Of a stretch of 64,000 nucleotides of DNA, positions 1 to 11,898 are shown in pieces. The DNA lies in contig NC_057720.1 of assembly GCF_004010195.1 (NCBI RefSeq), forward strand, positions 27,963,473-28,027,472, given 5' to 3'. The number at the start of each line of letters is the position of its first letter. Within the stretch, counting starts at the first letter, position 1. Position numbers and translations under genes: made by a program. Source of the DNA: Chiloscyllium plagiosum (lineage: Eukaryota). Under the pieces are notes generated by a model. The model worked only from the letters and a program-made list of their open reading frames with translations. It did no database searches and was not told where the DNA came from.

Positions 1-59
1 AAATCTTCAAGTAGAAATGCCAACTGGATGATCCATCTTAGCCTCCTCTACTGGTGGCC

Positions 60-505
60 AGATTCACTCCACATGATATCAGGAAGTGGTTGGAGACACT
101 GGATCATACAAAGGCCATGGGCCCTGACAATATGCCAACAATATTACTGAAGACTTGTGTTCCAGAATTTGTCGCTCCCCCATCTGTTCCACTATAGTTA
201 CAACATTGGCATCTATCCAACAATATGGAAAATTGTCCAGGTGTTTCCTGTACACACAAAGCAGGACAAATGTAACCTGGCCAATTACCACCCCATTAGT
301 CTATTCTCAATCATCCGTTAAATGATAAAAGATATTATCAGCAGTGCTATCAAGCGGCACCTGTTTAGCAATAATCTGCTCAATGATGCCTAGCTAGGTT
401 TCCACCAGGGCCACTCAGCTCTCGACCTCAGTTCAGCCGTGGTTCAAATATGAACAAAAGCGCTCAATTTCAGAGGTGAGTTGAGAGTGACAACCCTTGA
501 CATAG
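60..505 (+). mobile_element. Old CR1-like LINE, RT fragment
   Basis: Degenerate translation GPDNMPTILLKTCVPEF...WKIVQVFPVHTK..NYHPISLFSII resembles the start of a LINE RT domain; frameshifts and stops. Confidence 0.7.
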
Positions 506-589
506 ATTCATATGAAACAATCTATTTTATTGAGTGCAGAAAAAAGCCCTTTGGCCCATAGTATCTGCACTGATATAACTACCACTAAA

Positions 590-1555
590 AGTGTGCAAAT
601 CCCTTATCTTTGAATATTATGATATTGAAGTGCTCATCAAGTACTATGTAAGATTTCCAGCCTCCATTACTTCCCCAGGCAGTGCATTCCAGATTCTCAC
701 CACTGAGTGAAAGTTTTTTTTTCCCAGAATCCCCTTCGAACCTCATGCCCTTTACCTTAAAAGTATGTCCTCTCATGATTTCCCCCTCAACAAGGGGAAC
801 AGTTGCTCTCTGTTCACCTCATCCATACCTATCATAATCTTTATACTCCTTAATCTTTACCTTGCCCCTCAATATTCTCTGCTCTAAAGAAAAAAACTCC
901 AAGTCCATTCAGTTTCTCCTTAAAGCTCAATTTCTCCATTCCAGGCAATATTTTGGTATCCCCTCCAGTGCTATCACATGCTTCTGTAGTGAGGTGACTG
1001 GAACCACACACAGTACTCTAGTTGTGGCCTGAGCAACACCCTGTAAAACTTCAACATTACATTCTTGCTCTTATACTCTATGCCACGACTAATGAAAACA
1101 AGTATTCCATATGCCGCCTTAATTATCCTATTCATGTGCTCTGTCGACTTCAAGGATCTGTGAATAATTACCCCAAGATACTTCTTTTCTGCCATTCGTT
1201 AAGTACTCACTCATCTTGTTTCTTCTACCAAAGTGCATCACCTAGCACTTATCAGGGTTAAGTACCATCTGCAACTGTTCTGCCCATCCCATCTACATCT
1301 TCCTGTAACCTATAACTATCTTTTTTGCTATTAACCACTACCAATCTTGGTGTCCCCTGCAAATTCCTCCCACATTTTCATCTACATCATTTATGTATAT
1401 AATAAACAATAAAGGTCCCATTACTGATCCTTGTGGTACACCGCTGGGCACCGACCTTCAGACACTCAAACAGCCTCCTGGCACTACTCTTTGTGTCCTA
1501 TTACTAAATCAGTTTCTGATCCATCTCGCCAAGTTTCCCTCCATTCCATCTAGTG
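590..1555 (-). mobile_element. Old CR1 LINE 3' part
   Basis: Minus-strand [10 protein letters not shown] and ORF 974-1195 RVLLRPQLEYCVWFQSPHYR are CR1 ORF2 motifs. Confidence 0.8.
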
Positions 1556-2154
1556 GATTAATTTTGCTAGGCACAGTGAATGACTTTACAGAGCTGAACT
1601 GTCAGCCACTTCCTACTTCCACCATCCACCAGTACAGTAACCTCGGTTAGGCCTGAATCAACATCAAAAGACTTAACACTGTGTAAGCAGTACAATACCT
1701 GAGCAAGAGAGCAGTGAAGCAGAATCAACTGTGGCAATCCTGTCAGATGACAGACAGGCCTTGCTGCACTGTGTGAAGGTGCTGTGTCTTGAGTGTCATG
1801 CACAATGAAGGTTTTCTTATTTGATGCAGATAATTTTCCATATGTCAGCGTCCTGAGGCATTGTAAAGCCACAGACAGACAATAGAGTGTTTATGAAGTG
1901 TATGTGCTCTCTCATAGCTCAGGAGTCTTTCAACTCCTCCTGATGAGTCATATGCTATACAGTGTGTATATAGGAGACATGCACAGAAATAGTGAGACTC
2001 TCTATAGCATGGAACACTTATTGTCACTGGCACAGAGATACATGAGGTGAATGCCAGCTGTGTCTCAGCTGATGGTCTCATCCAGCGTGTAAGGCAATTA
2101 AAGTGGTTAATGAGGGGACTATCCCTTGGTCATAATCACCATAATCATTCCTGG

Positions 2155-2240
2155 ACCCAAAACATCAACTCTGATTTTTCTCCATAGATGCTACCAGACC
2201 TGCTGAGTTTTTCCAGCAAATCTTTTTTTTTTCAGTTTTT
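2155..2240 (+). mobile_element. Penelope-derived terminal arm, family D (degenerate)
   Basis: agatgctaccagacctgctgagtttttccagc is shared with 8844-8945, 18920-19075, 36530-36660 and 55365-55490. Confidence 0.55.
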
Positions 2241-2634
2241 TGGTCATTCCTTGGACCTTTCAACTCAGCACCCTCTCAGTAAAGGTCCAATGACAATGAT
2301 TTCTCCTGCAATGAGACCGATGCAGCAACCTATGAAGAAGCCCACATGGGCATCTCCATGGCTTTGATAGGCATTTCAGCCTTGGGTAGATAAAACAGAG
2401 AAGGTTACTTCCTTCTCTTCCTGGCCACTGGGAAAGTAAACCATAGATATGGGCATGGTGTTAACTATGCCTAATGGGTCACTTTGTTGAAGTTCTTCCT
2501 TTTGAATAATCTAGCTATGATTATTTATCATGACATTGATAAGAGGTGTCTTTTTATAGTTTAGTGAGAAAAGTGAAATTCATATTAATGATGATGAATG
2601 CATGCCTGGGCTTGGTGCTGTTGCAAGGTCTGTG

Positions 2635-2970
2635 ATCATAGAATGATAGAATCCCTACAATGTGGAAACAGGCCATTTGGCCAAACAAGTCCACACCGAA
2701 CCTTCGAAGAGTATCCCACCTAGACCCATTCCCCAAGCCTATTATTTTACATTTCCCCTGACTAATGCACCTAACTTACACATTGCTGAACACAACGGGC
2801 AATTTAACATGGCCAATCACCTAACCTGCACATCTTCGGACTGTGGGAGGAAACGGGAGCACCTGATGGAAATCTGTGCAGATACTGGGAGAATGTGCAA
2901 ACTCCACACAGACAGTCGCCCAAGGCTTGAATCGAACCGGATTCCTGGTGCTGTGAGGCACCATGCTGCC
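2635..2970 (-). mobile_element. HE1-like V-SINE
   Basis: Reverse complement of the tRNA-derived head and the central gtggagtttgcacattctccc domain seen in the SINE at 20740. Confidence 0.85.
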
Positions 2971-3639
2971 TCCTGTGGCTCCATTCTTAGTGTTTTTGGC
3001 TGGCAGTGGAATTATTCAGATGTGCATTCTGGACAATTTCACTTTTTGATGGAGGATGAATCGTACAGCCATTTTTCGGAAGGCTGGAAGGCTTTAATAT
3101 TAAGTATTGCTAAATCAGCATGAACCTTGTGGTCAAAACAACCACAATGTGTGATGCCCAAATAAATGCAAAATACTGCAGGAATGTTGAAAATTTGAAA
3201 CAAACATAGAGAATGCGGGACAAGTTCAGTAGGTCTGGCAGCATCTATGGGAGGAGTTAATATTTGATATGACTGTTTGCCGAGTTTCTCCAATATTCTT
3301 TGTGTTTGTATGTGAGACACCCTGGTAGGCTTGTACTGAAAGGGAACACCCAAGTTGCATCTTCAAGGTGCGAATAATCTGTTCAATACAAGTATGTGTT
3401 ACTAGATGGCCCCAGTCGTCATGCTTCTTTGGACCTATTTTCTTGTATATCCAGAATGCTCTTATACACAACTGAACATTTTTCTTTACCATCACCAAGT
3501 CACCTGTGGTAATTTTCTTTACATCTATTAACCACCACTAGTAAATCACCCACATTTTCCAAATGCATAATCTATATGCAAAGCCCCTCGAGGGAAATGC
3601 AAACCTTCAAAGGTGAGGGAGAGGTAGTGAGACAGCTAA

Positions 3640-4070
3640 GGCAAAATCAAAATGGAGTTTGGAAAGGGCTTCTTTGGATCTACATTTGGGTATTTAATGC
3701 TATCAGGTGGCAGTATCTCGGTTGTAAATTTTATCCACCGGCAGCCACACAAGATGCCTGGATGTGTGATGAAGACGTACAGCACTTGGGACTCTAGTAG
3801 GATATTGGAATGATCACAGCTGATGAGAGGGACCAGATGCACAATTGCAAGATTCACTTCTTATGGTCACACATCTCAACCTTTGGTGCATGTAAACCTT
3901 TTCATTTGTGGAAGTTACTAGTTAGTATGTTACATGGGTGCAATTAATGATCTCCTTGACCTCAGAAAATGATTCGATGGTAGCAAGTCCAATGGCTTCT
4001 GTGCCTGCATTGTTTCATTTTTGTCAACACCGATATTGTCCCTTGTTGCAGTGGTGACTTGAAAAGTGTG
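3640..4070 (-). mobile_element. Fossil PIF/Harbinger transposase fragment
   Basis: Minus-strand pieces in the expected order: EVKEIINCTHV (cf. GAIDCTHV), CDHKK.ILQ (cf. VCDH..RI), SCDHSNILLESQV (cf. GSxHDxxIL); broken frames. Confidence 0.6.
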
Positions 4071-4106
4071 GGTTCATTAAGAAATGTCAGCATGGAAGGA
4101 TTCTAG

Positions 4107-4205
4107 ATTCTCCTGTTCCTTGGATGCTGCCTGACCTGTTGCGCTTTTCCAGCAACACATTTTCAGCTCTGATCTCCAGCATCTGCAGTCCTCACTTTCT
4201 CCTCG
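4107..4205 (+). mobile_element. Penelope-derived single 3' arm, family A
   Basis: Matches the 3' terminus of the Penelope copy at 12608-15215; 10-bp TSD aggattctag at 4097-4106 and 4206-4215. Confidence 0.85.
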
Positions 4206-7200
4206 AGGATTCTAGGTAATCCAAGATGGAGGACAGGAAAAAATTGTAGCTGTAACATCTGCTCCTTTTTTTTAAAAAAAAAGGTATTTCAGGTTTTGGA
4301 GGCGATTTCCTTGAATTCCAGGAGCAACAATTACTATTTTATATGCTGTTACATTTACTTTGGAACGTTAGAAAAAAAGTCAAAATAATGGCACTTTTGA
4401 AAAGGAGAAAGACAGACAAAGGCACCAAGCGAGACAGAGAAACAAACCTACACTGCTAACTGACACAGCAGTGAATCTGCACAGTTACTGCCTTTGCTGT
4501 TTGAATTCATATATCGCTGGACATTGGAGTGTGCCCAGCGAAATTCACAACTGATCTTGGAGGAACCTGTTTGGAAGAGTTCACAGCACAGAAACAGATA
4601 AGTGAATAGTTTTAAGTATAGTTTAAATATAGCCTTGCTGTAAACTTACAATAGTGAGTAGAATGGGTTTGTTCTTGATTGTGTTTTTATTGGAATCGGT
4701 CTCTTTATTAAATTTTAAAAATTTAAGCCATAAGTCTTATGTTAGCCTGGAGCAGTGTTTTATAGAGCAATAAGACGGTGCTATTTTCTGGGTCTGTAGA
4801 CTGGAAGGAGCAAAATGGCCTTTAGTAGAGTGACATGCTCTTGTTGAAAGTGGGAGTTTCGAGAGAGTTTATGGGTTACTGAGGATTATATCTGCAATAA
4901 ATGTCGGTTGCGAATCCTGTCAGATCAATTGGAGCAACAGTTAGAGACAATGAAGAATTTACAAGAGCTAGGGGTTATGATGGATGGCTGTTAGAGGAAG
5001 GGAGAAAAGTCGCCGATATAGTCACATAGGTGGGTTAACTCCAAGAAAGGTAGGAGAGGTAGGCAGGTAGTACAGGAATCTTCTGTGGCTATCCCCATTT
5101 CAAACAGATGTGCCATTTTGGAAAATGTAGGGGGTAATGGACTTTCAGAGGAATGTAGCATGAGCAGCCAGGTTTCTGGTATCAAGACATGCTCGAATGT
5201 AATGAGGGATTCGTCAGGTTCCAAGTTATCAATTGTGTTAGGGGACTCTAATCCAGGCGCAGGCAGACGTTTCTGCAGCCAGCAGCGAAAAATCATCAGA
5301 ATGGTATGTTGCCTCTCTGGTGCCAGGATCATGGATGTCTCAGAGAGGGTGCAGAATGTTCTCAAAGGGGAGCGGGTCCAGCAGGAGGTAATTGTACATA
5401 TTGGAACAAATGACATAGGAAGGGAAAAGGATGAGATTCTGAAGGGAGAATATGGAAGGTTAGGCGCTTTTCATAAGGCATAACATTACAGCTGTACTGA
5501 GGGAGGATATTCCCAGAAATACACCCAGGGAAGTTATTTGGGTTGAACTGAGAAATAAGAAAGGGATGATCACCTTAGTGGGATTGTATTATAGACCCCC
5601 TAATAGTCAGTGGGAAATTGAGAAACAAATTTGTAAGGAGACCTCAGTTATTGGTAAAAATAATAGGGTGGTTATGTTAGGGAATTTTAACTTTCCAAAA
5701 ATGGACTGGGACTGCCATAGTGTTAATGGTTTAGATGGAGAGAAATTTGTAAAGTGTACAATAAAATTTTCTGAGTCAGTATGTGGATGTACTGATTAGA
5801 AAAGGTGCAAAACTTGACCTACTCTTGGGAAATAAGGCAGGGCAAATGACTGAGGTGTCAGTGGGGGAGCACTTTGGGGCCAGCAACCATAATTCTATTA
5901 GTTTTAAAATAGAGATGGGAAAGGAGAGACCAGATCTCACTGTTGAAGTTTTAAATTGGAGGATGGCTAATTCTGACTGTATTAGGCAAGAACTTTCAAA
6001 ATTTGATTGGGGGCAGATGTTTGCAGGTAAAGGGACAGATGTAAAATGGGAAGCCTTCAAAAATTAGATAACGAGAGTCCAGAGACAGTTAGGGTGAAAG
6101 GAATGGCTAGTAGGTATAGGGAATGCTGGATGACTAGAGAAATGGAGGGTTTGGTTAAAGAAAAAGAAGGAAGCATATGTCAGGGTTAGACAGAATAGAT
6201 CAAGTGAATCCTTAGAATATAAATGCAGCAGGAGTACACTTAAGAGGGAAATCAGGAGGGTACAAAGGGGACATGAGATGGTTTGGCAAATAGGGTTAAA
6301 GAGAATCCAGAGGGTTTTTACAAATACATTAAGGACAAAAGGGCAACTAGGGAGCGAAGAGAGCCCCTCGAAGATCAGCAAGGCAGCCCTTGTGTGGAGC
6401 CGCAGGAGATACTAAACTAATATTTTGCATCCGTGTTTACTGTGGAAAAGGATTTGGAAGATATACAATGTGGGGAAATAGATGGTGACATCTTGAAAAA
6501 TGTCCATATTACAGAGGAGGAAGTGTTGGACATCTTGAAATGCATAAAGGTAGGTAAATCCCCAGGACCTGATCAGGTTTACCTTAGAACTCTGTGGAGA
6601 TCTAGGGAAGTGATTGCTGGGCCTTTTGCTGAGATATTTATATCATCGATAGTCACAGGTGAGGTGCCTGAAGACTGGAGGTTGGCTAACATGGTACCAT
6701 TATTTAATAAAGGTGGTAAGGACAAGCCAGGGAACTATAGACCTGTGAGCCTGACGTCAGTGGTGGGCAAGTTGTTGGAGGGAATTCTGAGGGACAGGAT
6801 GTACATGCATTTGGAAAAGCAAAGACTGATTAGGAAGAGTGAACATGGCTTTGTGCGTGGGAAATTATGTCTCACAAACTTGATTAAGTTTTTTGAAAAT
6901 GTAACAAAGAGGAGTTATGAGGGCAGCATGATGGACGTGATCCATATGGACTTCAGTAAGGTGTTTGATAAGTTTCCCCATGGAAGACTGGTTAGTAAAG
7001 TTAGATCTCACTGAATACAGGGGGAACTAGCCATTTGGATACAGAACTGGCTCAAAGGTAGAAGACAGAGGCTGGTGGTGGTGGATTGCTTTTCAGACTG
7101 GAAGCCTGTGACCAGTGGAGTGCCACAAGGATCGGTGCGGAGTCCATTATTTTTCTTCATTTGGATATGAATATAGGAGGTATAGTTAGTAAGTTTGCAG

Positions 7201-7966
7201 GTGACACCAAAATTGGAGGTGTGGTGGACACTGAAGAAGGTTACCTCAGATTACAACGGATCATGATCAGATGGGCCAATGGACTCAGGAGTGGCAGATG
7301 GAGTTTAATTTTGATAAATGTGAGGTGTTGCATTTTGGGAAAGCAAATCTTAGCAGGTGAGGTCCTAGGGAGTGTTGCTGAACAAAGAGACCTTGGAGTG
7401 CAGGTTCATAAATCTCCTTGAAAGTAGTTGCATGTCGATGGGATAGTGAAGAAGGTGTTTAGTATGCCTTCTTTTATTGGTCAGAGCATTGAGTATAGGA
7501 GTTGAGAGGTCATATTTTGGCTGTGCAGGAAGTTGATTAGGCCACTTCTGAAATGTTGTGTACAATTTGGGTCTCCTTCCTACTGGAAGAATGTTGTGAA
7601 ACCTGAAAGGATTCAGAAAGGATTTACAAGGATGTTGCCAAGGTTGGATGATTTGAGCTATAGGGAGAGACTGAATAGGCTGGGGCTATTTTCCCTGGAG
7701 CGTCAAAGGCTGAGGGGTGACCTCAGAGGTTTATAAAATCATGAGGGGCAGATAGGATAAATAGACAAAGTCTTTTCCCTGGGGTGGGGGAATTCAGAAG
7801 TAGAGGGCATAGATTTAGGGTGAGAGGGGAAAGATATAAAAGGGACCTAAGGGGCAACTTTTTCATGCAGAGCTTGGTTCGTATGTGGAATGAGCTGCCA
7901 GGGGAAGTGGTGGAGGCTGGTACAATTGCAACATTTAAAATGCATCTGGATGGGTATATGAATCAT

Positions 7967-8184
7967 GTGATGGATCAGTGGTGCTGGAAGAGCACAGCAA
8001 TTCAGGCAGCATCCGAGGACAGGCAAAATCGACGTTTCGGGCTTCAAGCTTTATTCCTGATGAAGGGCTTTTGCCCGAAACGTCGATTTTGCCTGTCCTC
8101 GGATGCTGCCTGAATTGCTGTGCTCTTCCAGCACCACTGATCCAGAATCTGGTTTCCAGCATCTGCAGTCATTGTTTTTACCTC
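7967..8184. mobile_element. Palindromic Penelope-derived mini-element, family A
   Basis: Inverted arms around the centre; 11-bp TSD atatgaatcat at 7956-7966 and 8185-8195; inserted in a CR1 3' region. Confidence 0.9.
8054..8087 (+). ncRNA. Minimal type I hammerhead ribozyme core (Penelope-associated)
   Basis: ttc-CTGATGA-a-GGGC-tttt-GCCC-GAAA-CG-TC-ga: conserved core, helix II, palindromic ACGT minimal helix III. Confidence 0.75.
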
Positions 8185-8431
8185 ATATGAATCATATGGG
8201 CCAAGTGCTGGCAAATGGAACTAGATTAGGTTGGGATATCTGGTCGGCATGGACAAGTTGGACTGAAGGGTCTGTTTCCGTGCTATCTATCTCTTTGACT
8301 CTGTTTAGGGTCAAATTATGTGTAACATACTGAAGCGTCTCAGGTAACAGAAGGGCTGATAAGGATAATAGGCTTCCAGAAAGCATTTGACGCAGTGCTG
8401 CACAAGAGATCGGTAAACAAATTTAGAGCTC

Positions 8432-8800
8432 CAAATCTTCCGCCTGCCCCCCACCACTCTTACCAACTCCATTCCCATCCGCCTGCTCCCTACCCACCCC
8501 TCACCAATTCCATCCTCATCCCCATCCCAGATACAACACCGACTCGGTTCCACCCTCTTGACCTGACCTACTTGTTCACCTTCCTTCCTACCTATCCACT
8601 TCCCTCCGACCTATCACAATCACCTCCGATCTTCGCCCAGCGATCGCCATTCCAGCTTTCTTTCCCCAGCTCCACTCCTCTGCCCCTATTTATTTCTCAG
8701 CCCCTTTCCCCTTCCCCAGTCCTAATGATGGGTTAAGCCTGAAATGTCGACTCTCTTGCTCCTCAGATGCTTCCGTGCTTTTTCCAGCACACTATGCTTT
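8432..8800 (+). mobile_element. Penelope family A 3' UTR/terminal arm, degenerate
   Basis: C-rich 3' UTR like 14880-15070 followed by a decayed hammerhead-like segment and the family A arm. Confidence 0.75.
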
Positions 8801-8843
8801 ATTGATTTGAAAGCTCATGGAACTAAAAGGACAGTAAATGCCA

Positions 8844-8945
8844 AAAGAGAAAATGCTGGAAAATCTCAGCAGGTCTGGCAGCATCTGTAAGGAGAGAAAA
8901 GAGCTGACATTACGAGTCTAACCTAACTGACCCTTTGTCAAAGCC
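8844..8945 (-). mobile_element. Penelope-derived arm, family D
   Basis: 12-bp TSD cagtaaatgcca at 8832-8843 and 8946-8957; minus strand carries a decayed hammerhead-like ttgacaa-a-GGGTC...GACTC-gtaa-tgtc. Confidence 0.7.
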
Positions 8946-9049
8946 CAGTAAATGCCAGTTTGGAGTGGACTTCGCGCCTATGATACTAACAGTAAAATAA
9001 GTAACCAGTTGGCAAATTTACCCGAATAAGCGGCCTTCCCCAAGCTGAA

Positions 9050-10020
9050 CAGATACACCAAGTTTATTGCAAATGCCAAATTGGTCTACGTTTTCCTTTA
9101 CCAAAATGGCGCCGACGCATCACTGTTTCGTTGGTATCAGGGACATTGGATGCAGCCCGCATTCGGATCAACAGAGGACTGCGCAGGCTTCGGATTCCTC
9201 GTTCACTGGAGCGGCTGTGCGGTGGGCTAGAGGGGGAGGGGTCTGTGCGTCGCCACCAAGTGGCCTTCGGAAAGCTAACGGAGATGCAAGATTGAACGGA
9301 GGTGGGAGGCAGTGCGATTCGATGGCGAAGAAATGACCAGAGGTGCGAAGGAAAAGGTAGAAAACAGAACAAAGTAAGAACCTAACCCCAATTCCCAGGG
9401 AAATCAGTTGATAGCGACACAGCACATACTTTAAAGATTGGAGGCGGAGATACTCACGCCTCTGACTGAATCGTGCGCTGCAACGCAGTCGTCGTCGTTG
9501 TCGTCGTCGAATTGAGTACGCATGCGCGGTATTGGATGCCTGGCACGCACCGGAGCGTTTGATTGCAGCGTAACGGACAAATGTAGCACGGGACGGGGGA
9601 GCTGGCCCCTGATTTTCACGAATAAATTTAGTAAGGGAGGGGGAAAGGATCACAGGTAGAAATGAAGTCCAAGAGGTCGGAAGCTTTTGAATTTGGGTAC
9701 GCTTATGCAGGGCGACCACCTCCATCCCCATCCCCCAACTCACATCAGTAAGCGGTTGCTATGTGTGCTCCAGCCCTTGGTGTGATGAGTAGCCGATTGA
9801 TCTGTCAAGTGTTAAACAGTAATGAGCAGCCACGGCCTTGGGATTAATACGTTATCGGACGGTACGTCGAGTGTCTCTTGTCCGCAAGAGTTGACGGTTT
9901 TTGCGATGTTGGTGTTCGACTATATGTTTAAGCAGTGGGCTGGGCACAGAAGGATTTTGATTAAATGCTGGAGTGTGGTAGGTACGAGTGCCAATTGCAA
10001 CTCGACCTAGCGCTTTTTTT
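9050..10020. promoter_or_regulatory. CpG-island-like promoter / first-exon region, possibly bidirectional
   Basis: Locally CpG-rich non-repeat DNA; YY1-like AAAATGGCG (~9103), ATTGG CCAAT boxes (~9437, ~9531), GGCGG box, NRF1-like ACGCATGCGC (~9518); donor-like sites on both strands (AAA|GTAAGA ~9373 on +, GGC|GTGAGT ~9458 on -). Confidence 0.7.
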
Positions 10021-10737
10021 AAAAAAAATTGAGCATTAATTGCTAACGGCTAGAGGCAAAGTGCGGAGTATAAGCCTGTAAGTTAAAGTGACATTGATGA
10101 GAACAGTGTTTTATATTTGCTTGCCTTTCGATTTTCACTTAATTAAGAAAGGTTGTGTACATCGATGATGTAACTTCAGTTTATTCACCACAGTGAGGCT
10201 ACATGTACACCAGTTTAAAATTTGGTAGGTTATGATATAATTGAGTGCAGACCCTGTCAATACGGATATTTGCTTAAGGGTTCTTCGATTGACTCCAGTT
10301 TTAATAGCCGTTATGGTATTCTCCAGGGTATTGAGCTCCAGTCGGATATATAGCAGTCAAGATGCAGGATCTGTTCTGACACCTATCATTGACATTCCCC
10401 GGGTAGCAGCAACAAGAATATACTTGTCGCTGATATAGGGAGGGGATAGTTTTTGGAATTTACTTCTGCAAGCCAAAAAAAATGAAGTAATGAGTTCAAA
10501 ACTGTCTGGATACTTAAGGATTATTATACCCTCAATTCATGAAAAACTGCTTTTGTAAATAAAAAGTGTTACTGAAATAACATGCTGCCACTGACGTGAT
10601 TGCACTGAAGTGAAGTCTTTGGCGTCAGATGTTTGCGAGGCTGTAGTACAATGCTATGTGCTATAATTGAGCGGTTACCATCCTCCATTCACTGTTTTGT
10701 ATCCCTTTGCTAGTTGTGACCCCCTCCTTTTCTCTTC

Positions 10738-10880
10738 TGCTGTTGGATGATGACAATGTTCGTGAAACCTCTTCCCTCAGTTTGTTTCAGTGTTCACTGC
10801 TGTTCATTTTTGATTGTGATGGATTGCAGTACTTTGATTTGATGTGCTAATTATGAGGTTATGTAGCTCTGACCACAGTA
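10738..10880 (+). ncRNA. Candidate box C/D snoRNA
   Basis: Box C ATGATGA 10747-10753, box D CTGA 10869-10872, terminal stem tgctg(t)tgg/ccacagta; no target recognised. Confidence 0.3.
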
Positions 10881-11475
10881 TTTTGCTTCTGCTCTACCCG
10901 ATGTTGCTGTTATACTCCTTGTTAGTTGCCTAGCTCAATGATAGAGCGAAGAATGTACTGTGGTGCGACGTTATTGATTGTGGTGGGGGACAGTTAAGGT
11001 AGCCACAGTATTTGGTGAATGCCAGGTTTAAAATGCTAAAAGCAGCCAAAATCTGTTCCATCTTAAATGATGGGCGTGTCTTGTTTCACAATGGAAACAG
11101 CCCACAACATGAAGACAGGACTTCATCTCCACAGGATTGTCATTTTTGTTCAGGTCGATACTGTCAAAAATAGATATGTGACAGGATGATGTTAACTAGA
11201 CTTTTCTCTTTTGTTACTTCTCTCACTACTTGTCACAGTGGTGTTTTATGTCCTTTCAAATGATGTTCAATACAGAATTATAGTAGTTACAGCATTGAAG
11301 GCCATTTGATCCAACTATATTTGTGTCAGCCCTCCTTTTTTCATTCATGAGGTGTGGGCATCACAGGTTTGGCCAACATATATTGTCCATCCCTATGGAA
11401 CAGATGACATACTCCCAACTCATTTGCCCCTCTCTGCATTCAAGCACATTTCCTCCTCTTCAGATATTTAGAACA

Positions 11476-11898
11476 GAAAGGAAGCTGAAAAATGTGTTGC
11501 TGGAAAAGCGCAGCAGGTCAGGCAGCATCCAAGGAGCAGGAGAATCGACGTTTCGGGCATAAGCCCTTCGATACACATCGGATGTTCTGCAACCTCGAAG
11601 TATGAACCAATTGCTGGAAATGGAATCAGATTTGATGATTCACTGTTTGGTCAAAGTGAGCACAACCAGCAGAGTGGCCTCCTTGTGTGTCTGAATGTTC
11701 TAAATATCTAGGAGAAAGTGAGGACTGCAGATGCTGGAGATCAGAGCTGAAAAATGTGTTGCTGGAAAAATGCAGCAGGTCAGGCAGCATGCCCGAAACG
11801 TCGATTCTCCTGCTCCTTGGATGCTGCCTGATCTGCGCTTTTCCAGCAACACATGTTTCAGCTCTGATCTCCAGAATCTGCAGTCCTCACTTTCTCCT
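11476..11898. mobile_element. Composite family A insertion: arm + inverted host flank + full palindrome
   Basis: 14-bp TSD agatatttagaaca at 11462-11475 and 11899-11912; 11570-11710 is the reverse complement of 11898-12040. Confidence 0.9.

Larger units (their letters stand above)
4216..8303 (+). mobile_element. Near full-length CR1 LINE (ORF1 zinc-finger/SGNH-esterase, ORF2 APE endonuclease-RT), internally deleted and mutated
   Basis: ORF1 pieces IVLGDS...VIVHIGTND; ORF2 pieces YYRPPNS, LDLLLGN, PGNYRPVSLTSVVGK, SKFAGDTK; CR1 3' end with tgactct-like tail. Confidence 0.93.

Noticed and set aside
1935..2005. CTGATGAGTC as a hammerhead
   Set aside because: No GAAA after a closing helix II and no helix I/III.
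7967..8184. Hairpin elements as MITEs or pre-miRNAs
   Set aside because: Variable-length TSDs, asymmetric arms, copy-specific centres and identity with Penelope termini point to retrotransposition products.
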